Source: Macrostomum lignano (Eukaryota). Taken from it: DNA of 64,000 nt. Of the stretch, positions 45,401 to 58,500 are shown piece after piece. Positions within the stretch are counted from its first letter, which is position 1. The number at the start of each line of letters is the position of its first letter. A model generated the notes under the pieces. It did no database searches. It saw only the letters and a list, made by a program, of their open reading frames with translations, and had not been told where the DNA came from. Both the position numbers and the translations under genes were made by a program. The stretch spans positions 186,001-250,000 of the forward strand of contig NIVC01000486.1 in assembly GCA_002269645.1 (NCBI GenBank), in the 5' to 3' direction.

Positions 45401-48400
45401 CCAGGCCTCGCCGTTGGCAAAAACTTTCGCCTACGCGTCACGGCCGTCGATCAGGACGGGGCCAACTCCAGCGCGATCGCCTCGTTGACGGTGCTGCCCG
45501 GGCCGAACCAGCCGCCAAAAGCCGTCATTGCCGCGGTGCCCGCTCGGCTGCAACTCGACGGCACTGGCGGAGAGCTTCTGGCTATTGACGGTTCGGCCAG
45601 CTGGGACGATAAGGTATGGCTGCTGTGGCCACTAGGTATTCCCTACACAGCTTCGAAACTATCTGCCCCGAGAACCTGCCCTGAAGGGTCGCTGAGAACC
45701 TGCCCTGAATAGTCACTGACAACCTGTCCTGAAGGGTCACTGACAACCTGTTCTGAAGGGTTGCTGACAACCTGCCCTGAATGGTCACTGAGAACCTGTC
45801 CTGAAGGGTCACTGACAACCTGCCCTGAAGGGTCACTGACAACCTGCCCTGAAGGGTTGCTGACAACCTGCCCTGAATGGTCACTGAGAACCTGCCCTGA
45901 AGAGTCACTGACAACCTGCCCTGAAGGGTCACTGACAACCTGCCCTGAAGGGTCACTGACAACCTGCCCTGAAGGGTCGCTGACAACCTGTCCTGAAGAT
46001 TCACTGACAACCTGCTCTGAAGGGTTGCTGACAACCTGCCCTGAAGGGTCACTGACAACCTGTCACTGACATCCGAAAATTCTCAGAGAATCCCAAATTT
46101 CTACCTGAACCCTCACTAAAATATTTATTGAACCTTAATTCAGAATCATTCTGAGTAGCTGCAGAGAATTATTTTTGAGCAGCCACTGAGAACCTCCCCC
46201 CTCCTACCTTTGAGCAGCTGGTGACTGGCTACCGCTGGACCCGACTATCAAACTCATCAGCTGCCGGCTTCGCTTTGAACGGCTCGGCCAGCCAGCCCGT
46301 GCTGCTGCTCGCCAACCTCCTGCCCGGCCGTTACGCCTTCCGTTTGACCGTTCGCGATGCCGAAAACGCCAGCGGCTTCGCCGACGTCGCTTTCAAAGCC
46401 GTCGCCTGGCCATCGGCCGACGCTGTCGTTGTGCTGGAGCTGCGCGCCGAGCCCGCCAGCTTTCAACAGCAGGCAGCTGTGGCGGTGCTCAATCAGCTCA
46501 GGCTGGTGGCGCCGAGGCTGAAGCCGCTTGGCGATTGGACTGCGCCAGGCTCTGGCGGAGACGGCCTCGTCCGATTGCGTCTGGTGGCCGACAATGGCAG
46601 CGAAGGAGCTTTCCTGCCTGCTAGACAGGTGAGAACCTCTTAATCCTGCCTGATTGGGTGCTGCATCGTCTCCGTTCCTGTTCTAGGTTCCAATTCTCGA
46701 CAAGCCATAATCCCATTTCACAAGGCAGATATTCAGATTTTCCGGAATCAAGAATCGCTCCTTAAAAGCCTGTAGAATCGCCCATTAGTAGACTGTAGAA
46801 TTGCCCCTTAATAGCCTGTAGAATCGCCCCTTAATAGACTGTAGAATCGCCCCTTAATAGACTGTAGAATCGCCCCTTAATAGCCTGTAGAATCGCTCCT
46901 TAAAAGCCTGTAGAATCGCCCCTTAAAAGCCTGTAGAATTGCCCCTTAATAGACTGTAGAATCGCCCCTTAATAGCCTGTAGAATCGCCCCTTAATAGCC
47001 TGTAGAATTGCTCCTTAAAAGCCTGTAGAATCGCCCCTAATAGCCTGTAGAATTGCCCCTTAATAGACTGTAGAATCGCCCCTTAATAGCCTGTAGAATC
47101 GCCCCTTAATAGCCTGTAGAATCGCTCCTTAAAAGCCTGTAGAATCGCCCCTTAATAGCCTGTAGAATTGCCCCTTAATAGACTGTAGAATCGCCCCTTA
47201 ATAGCCTGTAGAATCGCCCCTTAATAGCCTGTAGAATCGCTCCTTAAAAGCCTGTAGAATCGCCCCTAATAGCCTGTAGAATCGCCCCTTAATAGCCTGT
47301 AGAATTGCCCCTTAATAGCCTGTAGAATCGCCCCTTAATAGCCTGTAGAATCGCCCCTTAATAGCCTGTAGAATTGCTCCTTAAAAGCCTGTAGAATCGC
47401 CCCTAATAGCCTGTAGAATTGCCCCTTAATAGACTGTAGAATCGCCCCTTAATAGCCTGTAGAATTGCCCCTTAATAGCCTGTAGAATTGCCCCTTGATA
47501 GCCTGTAGAATCGCTCCTTGATAGCCTGTAGAATTGCCCTTAATAGACTGTAGAATCGCCCCTTAATAGCCTGTAGAATCGCCCCTTAATAGCCTGTAGA
47601 ATCGCCCCTTTATAGCCTGTAGAATCGCCCCTTAGTAGCCTGTAGAATTGCTCCTTAAAAGCCTGTAGAATCGCCCCTTAGTAGCCTGTAGAATTGCTCC
47701 TTAAAAGCCTGTAGAATCGCCCCTTAATAGCCTCGAGAATGGCCCCTCAGGACTTCTCAAAGCTGGATTAACCCATTCAAATCCGCAATCTCACCAACCC
47801 GAAATCCGGCCAGCTGGTCGCCAATCTCCGCCGCCGCCTGCTGCCGGACACCCTGGACTATCCCGTGGCCGACCTGCGCACCGAGACCTGCCAGCTGACC
47901 TGCTCCGGCCGAGGCGTCTGCGACCCGGCTAGCCGAACCTGCCGCTGCCACTGGCTGTGGATGGCCAACCCGACGGCTGGCGGGCCCAACTGCGACTGGT
48001 CGCTGGTGTACGTCTGCCTGGCCTTGGCGGTGGCCCTGCTGTTGTGCCTGCCGCCGTCTCGCTGTCTCCTGGCCTCCTGCCGGCGTCGTTGGCGTCGCCG
48101 CGGCAGTCGTCAACAGCAGCGTCGGCGGCGTCGCCAACTTCTACGTCGACAGCGTCGTCGTCAACGAAGACGCGGCGACGGCAACGGCGGCGACAACGAC
48201 GACAGTAGCGACTACTACGAGTCGGAGTCGGTCGACGACTGCGACTACGAGGACGGCGCAGTTCCGCTGGCGTCGATGCCGAACGACGAATTGCGCGCCA
48301 TCGTCACCAGGCGAAGCGCCGCCGCATCGGCTCCGCCGTCGCCGCCTCCACCGTCGAAGCCTTCAGCGCAGTCGGTCGCGACCAACGCTCAGTCGCCGCC

Positions 48401-48434
48401 GCCACCGCCGACTCCTGCGGCTAAGGAAAAGTGA
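39435..48434 (+). CDS. KIAA0319L: KIAA0319/KIAA0319L (AAVR)-like type-I membrane protein, about 878 aa: signal peptide, Cys-rich module, S/T/N-rich stalk, four PKD domains, C6/EGF-like region, TM helix, Arg-rich tail. Exons 39435-39831, 40706-40837, 41945-42489, 43443-43764, 45405-45613, 46218-46628, 47814-48434.
   Basis: Phase-consistent GT-AG chain, 2637 nt in total. PKD motifs: PPRASAGSGIVIYLPNNRVNLTGEGSTDDRGIVSYAWTQ and LSGLVEGEYKFQLTVTDAAGQSDSANVTVLV. Juxtamembrane CQLTCSGRGVCDPASRTCRCHWLWMAN...NCDWSLVYV matches the KIAA0319-family pattern (from memory). Orthology to KIAA0319 versus KIAA0319L cannot be resolved. Confidence 0.85.
39897..40230. repeat. About 21-22-bp minisatellite (CCTGTTTTTGGCGCCCCCAAC)
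   Basis: Direct tandem copies in intron 1 of the KIAA0319-like gene. Confidence 0.9.
40913..41129 (+). mobile_element. SINE family A, copy 5 (3' truncated), intronic
   Basis: Same A/B boxes and core; the match ends at ...CAGCCGTACGC. Confidence 0.8.
41481..41849. mobile_element. Foldback/MITE-like element with inverted arms of about 60 bp
   Basis: 41481-41543 and 41790-41849 are reverse complements at about 90 percent by eye. A weaker outer IR lies at 41256-41284/41874-41899. Confidence 0.6.
42500..43352. repeat. 21-bp minisatellite (TCTAGTTTGAGTCATTCGATC), interrupted by a MITE
   Basis: Arrays at 42500-42736 and 42928-43352. Confidence 0.93.
42737..42927. mobile_element. 191-bp MITE (PIF/Harbinger-like termini) inserted in a minisatellite
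   Basis: 18-bp TIRs GTGCCGTATGCAGAAAGC / GCTTTCTGCATACGGCCC (1 mismatch) with a 3-bp duplication GAT on both sides; it splits the 21-bp array. Confidence 0.8.
43778..44790. repeat. 21-bp minisatellite (AATAAGTCTGACACAGTTCTC)
   Basis: Starts 14 nt after the exon 4 donor. Confidence 0.95.
44893..45362. repeat. 19-bp minisatellite (ATCAAGCCTGACTCTCCTC)
   Basis: Direct tandem copies in the same intron as the previous array. Confidence 0.95.
45668..46068. repeat. 24-bp minisatellite (GACAACCTGCCCTGAAGGGTCACT)
   Basis: Direct tandem copies. Confidence 0.93.
46764..47733. repeat. 23-bp minisatellite (GCCTGTAGAATCGCCCCTTAATA)
   Basis: Direct tandem copies. Confidence 0.95.
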
Positions 48435-48524
48435 GGCTGTCAAGTGGACCAGTAGATAGACAAGAATACCATTACATATTACTTATTACCTACTTTTTAT
48501 CTACTTATACGTAGATAATCAGAC

Positions 48525-49497
48525 AGACACGTAGATAATTAGGCAAACAGGTAATCAGACAAGCAGGTAGATAATTAGACTGCCGGACAGGTAGATAACT
48601 AGACTGTCGGACAGGTAAATAACTAGATGGACAGGTAGATAATTAGATGGACAGGTAGATAACTAGACGGACAGGTAGATAACGAGATTGACAGGTAGAT
48701 AACTAAACGGACAGGTAAATAACTAGACTGCCGGACAGGTAGATAACTAGACTGCCGGACAGGTACATAACTAGACTGTCGGACAGGTAAATAACTAGAC
48801 TTTCGGACAGGTAGATAATTAGACTGTCGGACAGGTAAATAACTAGATGGACAGGTAGATAATTAGACGGACAGGTAGATAACTAGACGGACAGGTAGAT
48901 AACTAGACGGACAGGTAGATAACTAGACGGACAGTTAAATAACTAGACGGACAGGTAGATAACTAGACGGACAGGTAGATAACTAGACTGCCGGACAGGT
49001 AGATAACTAGACTGCCGGACAGGTAGATAACTAGACTGCCGGACAGGTAGATAACTAGACTGCCGGACAGGTAGATAACTAGACTGCCGGACAGGTAGAT
49101 AACTAGACTGCCGGACAGGTAGATAACTAGACTGCCGGACAGGTAGATAACTAGACGGACAGGTAGATAACTAGACGGACAGGTAGATAACGAGACGGAC
49201 AGGTAGATAACTAGACGGACAGGTAGATAACTAGACGGACAGGTAGATAACTAGACGGACAGTTAAATAACTAGACTGCCGGACAGGTAGATAACTAGAC
49301 TGCCGGACAGGTAGATAACTAGACGGACAGGTAGATAACTAGACGGACAGGTAGATAACTAGACGGACAGGTAGATAACTAGACTGCCAGACAGGTAGAT
49401 AACTAGACTGCCGGACAGGTAGATAACTAGACTTCCGGACAGGTAGATAACTAGACTGTCGGACAGGTAGATAACTAGACTGTCGGACAGGTAGATA
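48525..49497. repeat. Mixed 20/24-bp minisatellite (GAC[TGCC]GGACAGGTAGATAACTA)
   Basis: Begins about 90 nt after the KIAA0319-like stop codon. Confidence 0.93.
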
Positions 49498-50097
49498 AGC
49501 ATACAGGCACAAATCTTAAGTGTTGTTTTGCTGATGTGCCATTTGTTGCGATACAAAATACTCATAGGTAAATTTATTTTATCAGCGACCCGTTTATTTT
49601 TTGTGTGCATTCACTTATTCTAAGGGTCCATGACTGTTTTATTTTGTTTATATACTCCTATTATAATATATAACAAACTTGCAAGATTTAACGTGTGCAG
49701 TATGCATCAGACTTCTCATATCAATAGCGCTCAAAAGTGAATTCTAAATAATTATTATTTAGTAGGTGCAGCATTTTTCTAATTTGTAGTCTTCCCATTG
49801 ATATACGTGTAAAAGCAGGCAGATATGTTTAAAATTCCATAGCTTCGTTGGGGCGCTGGAAATCTATGCTTATTAGTACGGCGTTTGGGATTAATCGGTT
49901 TTGTTCTTCCTATCTTAAATCAAAAATATCCATCCCGTTGATTTATCTTTGTTGCGCAGGCCCACCCGATTTGCCTAGCTTCTTGTTATAAATGCGTTTT
50001 TCGGGTCAATGTAGCATTTTTAATTTTATTTAAGAATTTTAAGTATTCATTTTCAAGACACTGTCTATCAAATTAAAAAATGTCTCTACATATTTTC

Positions 50098-50315
50098 GTC
50101 TATGGTCAAAACATTGTCTATGGTCAAAACATTGTCTATGGTCAAAACACTGTCTATGCTCAAGACTTCTATGGTCAAAACACTGTCTATTGTCAAAACA
50201 CTGTCTATGGTCAAAACACTGTCTATGGTCAAAACACTGTCTATTGTCAAAACACTGTCTATGGTCAAAACATTGTCTATGGTCAAAAGACTATCTATGG
50301 TCAAAACACTGTCTA
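50098..50315. repeat. 18-bp minisatellite (TTGTCTATGGTCAAAACA)
   Basis: About 12 tandem copies. Confidence 0.9.
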
Positions 50316-52835
50316 TGTTCTATGTTCTACACGCTGAGTCACAAATTTTCTCTGATGGTTCTGAGTTAAAAGTCTAAACTCAACTGCTCGGTGTATTAAA
50401 TAAAATACTCTCCCCATGTACGATTTTGGCCATAGACAATCGTCAAAGCATGCGTTGAATATGGTTGGCCGTGTCATTAATTGAATGCTCCACTACTTAA
50501 ATTAAATGAAAACTGCTATAATAGTTATAGAAAACTCGTGAGCTCGATGTCTAAGTACATTGCACTTTGCTGAACCGATCTAGTCATTGTATTTGTTATA
50601 ATTGCTCCCACTATCGCGTCCTTTTCTATAAATTTCTTCTTTGTCAGACAATTCTCTCTGTACCATTGCTGTGATCTTCCTAGCCTAATGCTGCTAACCT
50701 TGCTATTCCTATCACAGATATTTGATAACGATATTAGATAAACTACTATCCTATATTTTTCTGAGGTCTGCTTGCCTTCTAACTTCTGACGTTTTTAATC
50801 AGTAATCTGAATGTTCAATGCATTATTTATAAATGCTGTTGATTTGCTCTGACTATACTTACTTCAAAAAACTTTAGCTTCCAGTAATAAAGTTTCAGTG
50901 CTAGCGTGAACTGGCTTTCCTTAACTTAAGTGTCCCCATGCATTTTCTTAATTGTTAGCTTCGCGTGTCGGGGCTTATTTCTGGGGCCAAAAAATATATG
51001 ATTTCAAAGCTGTGACGCATTCCACTTTCAAGTTTATCAGCTTCATAAGTGCATCAACTCAGATGACACAACAATTCTATTTACTGCTTTTTAAGCTGGT
51101 CTTTGGTCTAATTGCATTTTTTGCTTTTACATATGTACAAATCCTCGTGCTTGTGCCACTACCATTTATACAGAATTTGATTTGGTACAAACATCATTTT
51201 TTGATAATTGGCAAAGTAGCGGTTTTTAACAAAGGTGGGATGCAATTTTCCGCTCTATACATTTATTGAAAGGTGTAAGATGTTATCTATTTCACATAGA
51301 TCACGAATGAACAGAATTATTGAGTACCGTTAATGGTACATTACGCATGTATTACACTATAGCCATGGCTGCGATTTTGTGCTTGATCTGTATATTAAAC
51401 TTTTATGAATTGGGTCGGGTTTTGCGTATGCTGATACGCTGATTTTTCGTCTTGGCGTCGAAGACATACATAGGAAGATTTCTTTATTTAAATTCTTAGA
51501 CGATTGCTTCGATCGTCATCCCGTGGTGGCAACGATCTTATCTACAGAAAATGTACCAATTCGGTAAGATCTTATCGGGATGAAAGCGTGTCATCTATCG
51601 GTTAGAGATGTCAACAATTACATAAGAAGCTCAGATTTCGTATGTTTGAAGCGAACTTTATGCCAGCTTACAGATTGATCATGATATCGAACGGCATTAG
51701 CAAACTTAGATTTTATAAGTATGTAGCTACAAAAAAATAAATAACCCATCTAAATTTTTATTTTCCACGCTATAAAAAATGAGTAATAAAATGATGCTCT
51801 AATCTTTATTCAGGTTATTTTGTTAAGTTTGTAACTTAGCTTTCCTTGCGACGGCGCGGTACTTTAAATATCAACTTACTAGATATTTTTTTTTAGATTT
51901 GGAGTTTGGTATCAAGTTCTAACATTTTACATTGAATCATTGGAATACTATACTACTTAAATATTTTAGCTTTAAGACGCCAATTCAATTCTAAATAAGC
52001 AATTTTGGCTGCATTTTCACAAATATGTTGTCTTGTCAAATCAAATCAGTCTTACATTACATTACTTATGCCAGTTATGGTTATATTATATCCAAGTACA
52101 ACTGTACCACCAACACTAAATATCCTCACTTTAAAAAAACAGGCAGAGATGACGATGATTATTTTTAAAATATAATAAACCAGATCATGATCGCCATATC
52201 ATTACTTGTTAGCATAGGCTATCAGCTTAAAAGCAATCCTAATTGAAATATTTCAAAACTAAATTCCATTGGCATCAGTTATGTTTTCGCCATTTAGGTG
52301 CTTACTAGATAGATACCGACAAACCATTTTAGTATGGTGGATTTATTAACAATATTTTTTAATGAAAAGTCTTTAGTTAGATAATTATAATTTGCATTTT
52401 TATGAATTTAGCATTTAGCTTGTTTTTTTAATTAATACACTTAACATAGTTAATAATAAAAAAAATGATATGGGCAAAATTATTTATATTTGCTTATTAG
52501 TAAACACTGCAATGTCTAGGCCTACTCATATGTTCATATAGCTGAATGAGCTACTTGTCATTGATATATGATTAGTATATGATAATTTTCTTGATTGACT
52601 GCTATAGCATTTCTTGCTAGCTTCTCTAGCTTACCTAGCTTAAATATAAATAAATGAAAATAAACAACAAATATATAAAACAAAAATATAAAAACAATAA
52701 TCTTCATTTATGAAATATTTATTTACTGGATAAATATTTATGTGTAGCCTATCTTAATCATCAATTGTAATATGACGAATTTTATAAAATTACTTTTAAT
52801 GCTAATAAATTCACTTTCAACATTACAATTTTCAG

Positions 52836-54562
52836 GCAATTCGACTTACCATTGTCATCTTGCTCATTATTTTCCAATGTGGCATTCATGCATTTATTTA
52901 TTCATCATACTGTGAGTAAACTGACTGAGTTATATTGCAAAATTTTCTTTAAAAATAGTAAATAACCTCATATAGGAATTTATATCTAATGACAACCATT
53001 TTCTAATTCAGCCATTACCTTGCTGCCTGGCAAGTATCTGCGTGTGGGTGCCAATCTGACAGTTCAATGTGTTACTATCAGTGCACCTGCAGTGACCGAA
53101 GCTGCACTGAGAGATCAGCTGAGAGTGCGATGGTCCTCTAAAAATAGATTGATTTATTATAACTGCAGGTAAGCACATTGCTGTCAGGAGCATCCTGCAA
53201 TCTATTTAAAGTTATGTAATTGAGCTTGATGGAGTGTTGAACTCATGCAACTTTGGTGCTCGACTTTGATGGCCTGACATTCTCACCTATTTAGAGACCC
53301 CAGCACCTAGTCAGTGACCCTGACACCTATTTAGTGACCCTGACACCTATTTAGTGACCCTGACACCTAGTTAGTGACCCTGACACCTATTTAGTGACCC
53401 TGACACCTAGTTAGTGACCCTGACACCTATTTAGTGACCCTGACACCTATTTAGTGACCCTGACACCTATTTAGTGACCCTGACACCTATTTAGTGACCC
53501 TGACACCTATTTAGTGACCCTGACACCTATTTAGTGACCCTGACACCTATTTAGTGACCCTGACACCTATTTAGTGACCCTGACACCTATTTAGTGACCC
53601 TGACACCTATTTAGTGACCCTGACACCTATTTAGTGACCCTGACACCTAGTTAGTGACCCTGACACCTATTTAGTGACCCTGACACCTATCTAGTGACCC
53701 TGACACCTATTTAGTGACCCTGACACCTATTTAGTGACCCTGACACCTATTTAGTGACCCTGACACCTATTTAGTGACCCTGACACCTATCTAGTGACAC
53801 TGACACCTATTTAGTGACCCTGACACCTATTTAGTGACCCTGACACAGTGAATAAAGTGCCCAAACATCTATTTAAGCCCCATAAACTTGCCTGTGAAAT
53901 GACACCTATTTAGACACCTTTGCAATCTATTTCACATTCATTATGACACATTAATTGCTCCATACGTTGTTGCTAAGTGATGCAAATACATTGTAAGAGA
54001 AAATTAGTATGAGCAATCCTCAGTTTTAAAACAATGCCTATTACTTCTTAACCACACATATCTATAATTACCTGCTCTGTGAAGAGCTATCTCCGTGCTC
54101 TTTTATCATTGCGTAACCTTCTTGCACCTTGCAGGGCCGTCAACGAGACGGCTTTCGAATGGACTTTGACCAGCGTGGCCATAAACGATTCGGGCATTTT
54201 CCAGTGCGTGAACATCAGCCATGACAGTCACACGGAGTCCGCACACGCTGAGCTCTTCGTGGGCGGTGAGGATCTGTGCTGCAGCTTGGGATAATTTCTA
54301 ACAAATGCATTCGATAAATTGATGGGGAACCTGGAGGCTGACCGCGAGGCCACACTAACTTGAGGCTCGTGCACGAAAATTGACCTGGGCCTGCGCAATT
54401 CGCACTCACAATGTTTACAGTGCAGTGTCACGTGTCTGATGGGACCCTGCGTGTGCGCATCTGTGTGGGTGCTCGGGGATCAGCGGATATAGACAGACAG
54501 GCAGACAGACAGACAGACAGACAGACAGGCAGACACACAGACAGACAGGCAGACAGGCAGGC

Positions 54563-54619
<57 letters not shown>

Positions 54620-54638
54620 GGCAGACAGACAGACAGGC

Positions 54639-54675
<37 letters not shown>

Positions 54676-54810
54676 GGCAGACAGACAGGCAGACAGACAG
54701 TCAGGCAGACAGACAGACAGACAGGCGGACAGACAGACAGACAGACAGACAGACACACAGGCAGACAGACAGACAGACAGACAGCCAGGCAGACAGACAG
54801 ACAGACAGGC

Positions 54811-54866
<56 letters not shown>

Positions 54867-55018
54867 GGACAGACAGACAGACAGGCAGACAGACAGGCAG
54901 ACAGACAGTCAGGCAGACAGACAGACAGACAGGCGGACAGACAGACAGACAGACAGACAGACACACAGGCAGACAGACAGACAGACAGACAGCCAGGCAG
55001 ACAGACAGACAGACAGAC

Positions 55019-55059
<41 letters not shown>

Positions 55060-55114
55060 GGCAGACAGACAGACAGACAGGCAGACAGACAGACAGACAG
55101 ACAGACAGACAGGC

Positions 55115-55159
<45 letters not shown>

Positions 55160-55230
55160 GGCAGACAGACACTAAGACAGACAGACAGGCAGACATGCAG
55201 ACACGCAGACAGACAGACAGACAGACAGGC

Positions 55231-55263
<33 letters not shown>

Positions 55264-55278
55264 TGCAGACAAACAGAC

Positions 55279-55315
<37 letters not shown>

Positions 55316-55390
55316 GGCAGACAGACACTAAGACAGACAGACAGGCAGACATGCAGACACGCAGACAGACAGACAGACAGACAGCCAGGC

Positions 55391-55425
<35 letters not shown>

Positions 55426-55438
55426 TAGACAGACAGAC

Positions 55439-55531
<93 letters not shown>

Positions 55532-55534
55532 GGC

Positions 55535-55583
<49 letters not shown>

Positions 55584-58500
55584 GGCAGACAGACACTAAG
55601 ACAGACAGACAGGCAGACAGGCAGACACGCAGACAGACAGACAGACAGGCAGACACGCAGACAGACAGGCAGACACGCAGACAGACAGACAGACAGGCAG
55701 ACACGCAGACAGACAGGCAGACACGCAGACAGACAGACAGACAGGCAGACACGCAGAGAGACAGACGCGCAGCCACTCCCGCCACTCCAGAGCCACCGAA
55801 GCTGACAGGCCTGGACTGCGAGTGGCCAAACCGGGAATCTGAGAATTTCCGCTGCCTTTCAAGGCCGAATCTGAGGTCCGTTTGGGAGGCTACGAATATC
55901 GTGAAGACAGCGGGCAAGGTCCACCTGGTGCTGGAGTTCGCTGACAAGAGAGACCCTTTCATGCAGTCAGAGTTGAACCAATGCAGAAAGAGGACGGATC
56001 ATTATAATAATTTAATTTGTTTTCCTTCTGACTCGGACAGCTCGACCGGTTTCGAGTACCGCCGGTGCCTGAGGAATGGCGCACCTGCAGCGCTTTCGGT
56101 GCCCTCGGCGCCGGGTTGCCAATGCAACTCCGAGGGCCGCTGCCGCTGGCTCCGGGTGGCCGAGGCCAGCGGCCCGCTGCGGCTGCGAGCCCGCGGCTGC
56201 AACCGGCTGGGCTGGTGCGGCGGCTGGGTCTCAGTGGAGGGCGACCGGCGGCAGTTTGGTGAGGAGTTGGTGGAAGAGGTTGGGAGAAGAGGGCGGAACT
56301 GACTTGAGGGAGGGGGCGGAACTGATTTGAGGGAGAGGGCGGAACTGATTGAGGGAGAGGGCGGAACTGATTGAGGGAGAGGGCGGAACTGATTGAGGGA
56401 GAGGGCGGAACTGATTTAGGGAGAGAGCGGAACTGATTGAGGGAGAGGGCGGAACTGATTTAGGGAGAGAGCGGAACTGATTGAGGGAGAGGGCGGAACT
56501 GATTTAGGGAGAGGGCGGAACTGATTGAGGGAGAGGGCGGAACTGATTTGAGAGAGAGGGTCCGCACTGATTGAGGGAGGGGGCGGAACTGATTTGAGGG
56601 AGAGTTCGGAACTGATTTGAGGGAGAGAGCGGAACTGATTTAGGGAGAGGGCGGAACTGATTTAGGGAGAGAGCCGAACTGATTGAGGGAGAGGGCGGAA
56701 CTGAATAAGGGAGAGGGCGGAACTGAATAAGGGAGAGGGCGGAACTGATTTGATTGAGAGGGCGGAACTTATTTGATTGAGAGGGCGGAACTGATTTGAG
56801 GGAGAGGGCGGAACTGATTTAAGGAGAGGGCGGAACTGATTGAGGGAGGGGGCGGAACTGATTTAGGGAAAGGGCGGAACTGATTGAGGGAGAGGGCGGA
56901 ACTGATTGAGGGAGAGGGCGGAACTGAATTGAGGGAGAGGGCGGAACTGAGAGGGCCAAGGGCGGAACTGAATTGAGGGAGAGGGCGGAACTGAGAGGGC
57001 CGAGGGCGGAACTGAATTGAGGGAGAGGGCGGAACTGAGAGGGCCGAGGGCGGAACTGAATTGAGGGAGAGGGCGGAACTGAGAGGGCCGAGGGCGGAAC
57101 CGACAGAGGGAGAGAACGGAAACCGTTCGAGGAGGTTGGGAGAGTTTAACAACCCCTTCTCACGCAGCTTCTCCTCATCTCCCCCTCCCTCCTCTCCAGA
57201 GCGGCCCGGCCTAGTCCGCAGTCTTCGCCTATTCGCCTTAAACGGCTCAGTGGTCGCCAAATTCTCGCCGCCAACCCAGCCGGACCCGGCCAGCAAGCGA
57301 GACTACGAGTGCCGCCTGCGACTCCGGCCGTGGCTGGACGGCGCCCGCATCGGCCCAGTCGCGTCCGAGACAGTGGAAAACTCCACAGTTCGCCTGTCGG
57401 CTCGGGCGCGTGGCCGCGAGACTTACACGGCCGAGGTGAGCTGCCGGCCCAAGTACTTCAGACTGCCCGGCAACAGCGGCTGGTCGGAGCCAGCTGAGGC
57501 GAAGATTTCCACGCCAGTGTGGCCGCCCTGCCCGCCCCGGCTGGCCCTGCTGTTGGAGCGGCGCAATTTTGTCTGGCTGTCGGCGCCGCCTGCGGAATGC
57601 AGGCATGGCCCCATTGTGAGCTATCGGCTGCGGCTGGGCGGGGGCGGAGCCGGCAGAAACTCAAGCGCGGCCGCTTTGGTGGCTGAACTGCCGCTGCATC
57701 CTGCGGAGCCCGGTGGCGGCTGGATTCGATTGGACCAGGCCGACATCCGGGGTCTGTGGGGCCGAGGTGCCTTTTTAGTAGGGTGGCTCAGACTCCCTGG
57801 TCCTTTGCACCCTGTCGCCCTTTTCTTACTGTCGCCCTTTTCTTACTGTCGCCCTTTTCTTACTGTCGCCCTTTTTTTACTGTCGCCCTTTTCCCACTGT
57901 CGCCCTTTTCCCACTGTCGCCCTTTTCCCACTGTCGCCCTTTTCCCACTGTCGCCCTTTTCCCACTGTCGCCCTCTTCCCACTGTCCCCCTTTTTGCCAC
58001 TGTCGCCCTTTTCTTACTGTCGCCCTTTTCTTACTGTCGCCCTTTTCTTACTGTCGCCCTTTTCCCACTGTCGCCCTTTTCCCACTGTCGCCCTTTTCTT
58101 ACTGTCGCCCTTTTCCCACTATCGCCCTTTTCCCACTGTCGCCCTTTTCACTGTGTCGCCCTTCTCACTCTGTCGCCCTTCTCACTGTGTCACCCTTTTC
58201 TTACTGTCGCCCTTTTCACTCTGTCGCCCTTCTCACTGTGTCGCTCTTATCACTGTGTCGCCCTTATCACTCTGTCGCCCTTCTCACTGTGTCGCCCTTC
58301 TCACTGTGTCGCCCTTTTCACTCTGTCGCCCTTTTCACTCTGTCGCCCTTTTCACTCTGTCGCCATTTTCCCACTGTCGCCTTTTCACTCTGTCGCCCTT
58401 TTCACTCTGTCGCCCTTTCCCACTGTCGCCCTTTTCCCACTGTCGCCCTTTTCCCACTGTAGCCCTTTTCCCACTGTCCCCCTTTTTGCCACTGTCGCCC

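Noticed and set aside
50952-51269. 105-aa hydrophobic AT-rich ORF
   Set aside because: TTG start, Phe/Ile/Leu bias typical of AT-rich non-coding DNA, and no recognisable motif.
54421-54490. Possible extra receptor exon (VQCHVSDGTLRVRIC...)
   Set aside because: No convincing donor, and 54265 joins 55791 directly to give the expected VG-EPP Ig/CHR junction.
54411-55962. (DRQT)n and (CLSV)n ORFs, likewise at 28363-29109
   Set aside because: (ACAG)n microsatellite translations.
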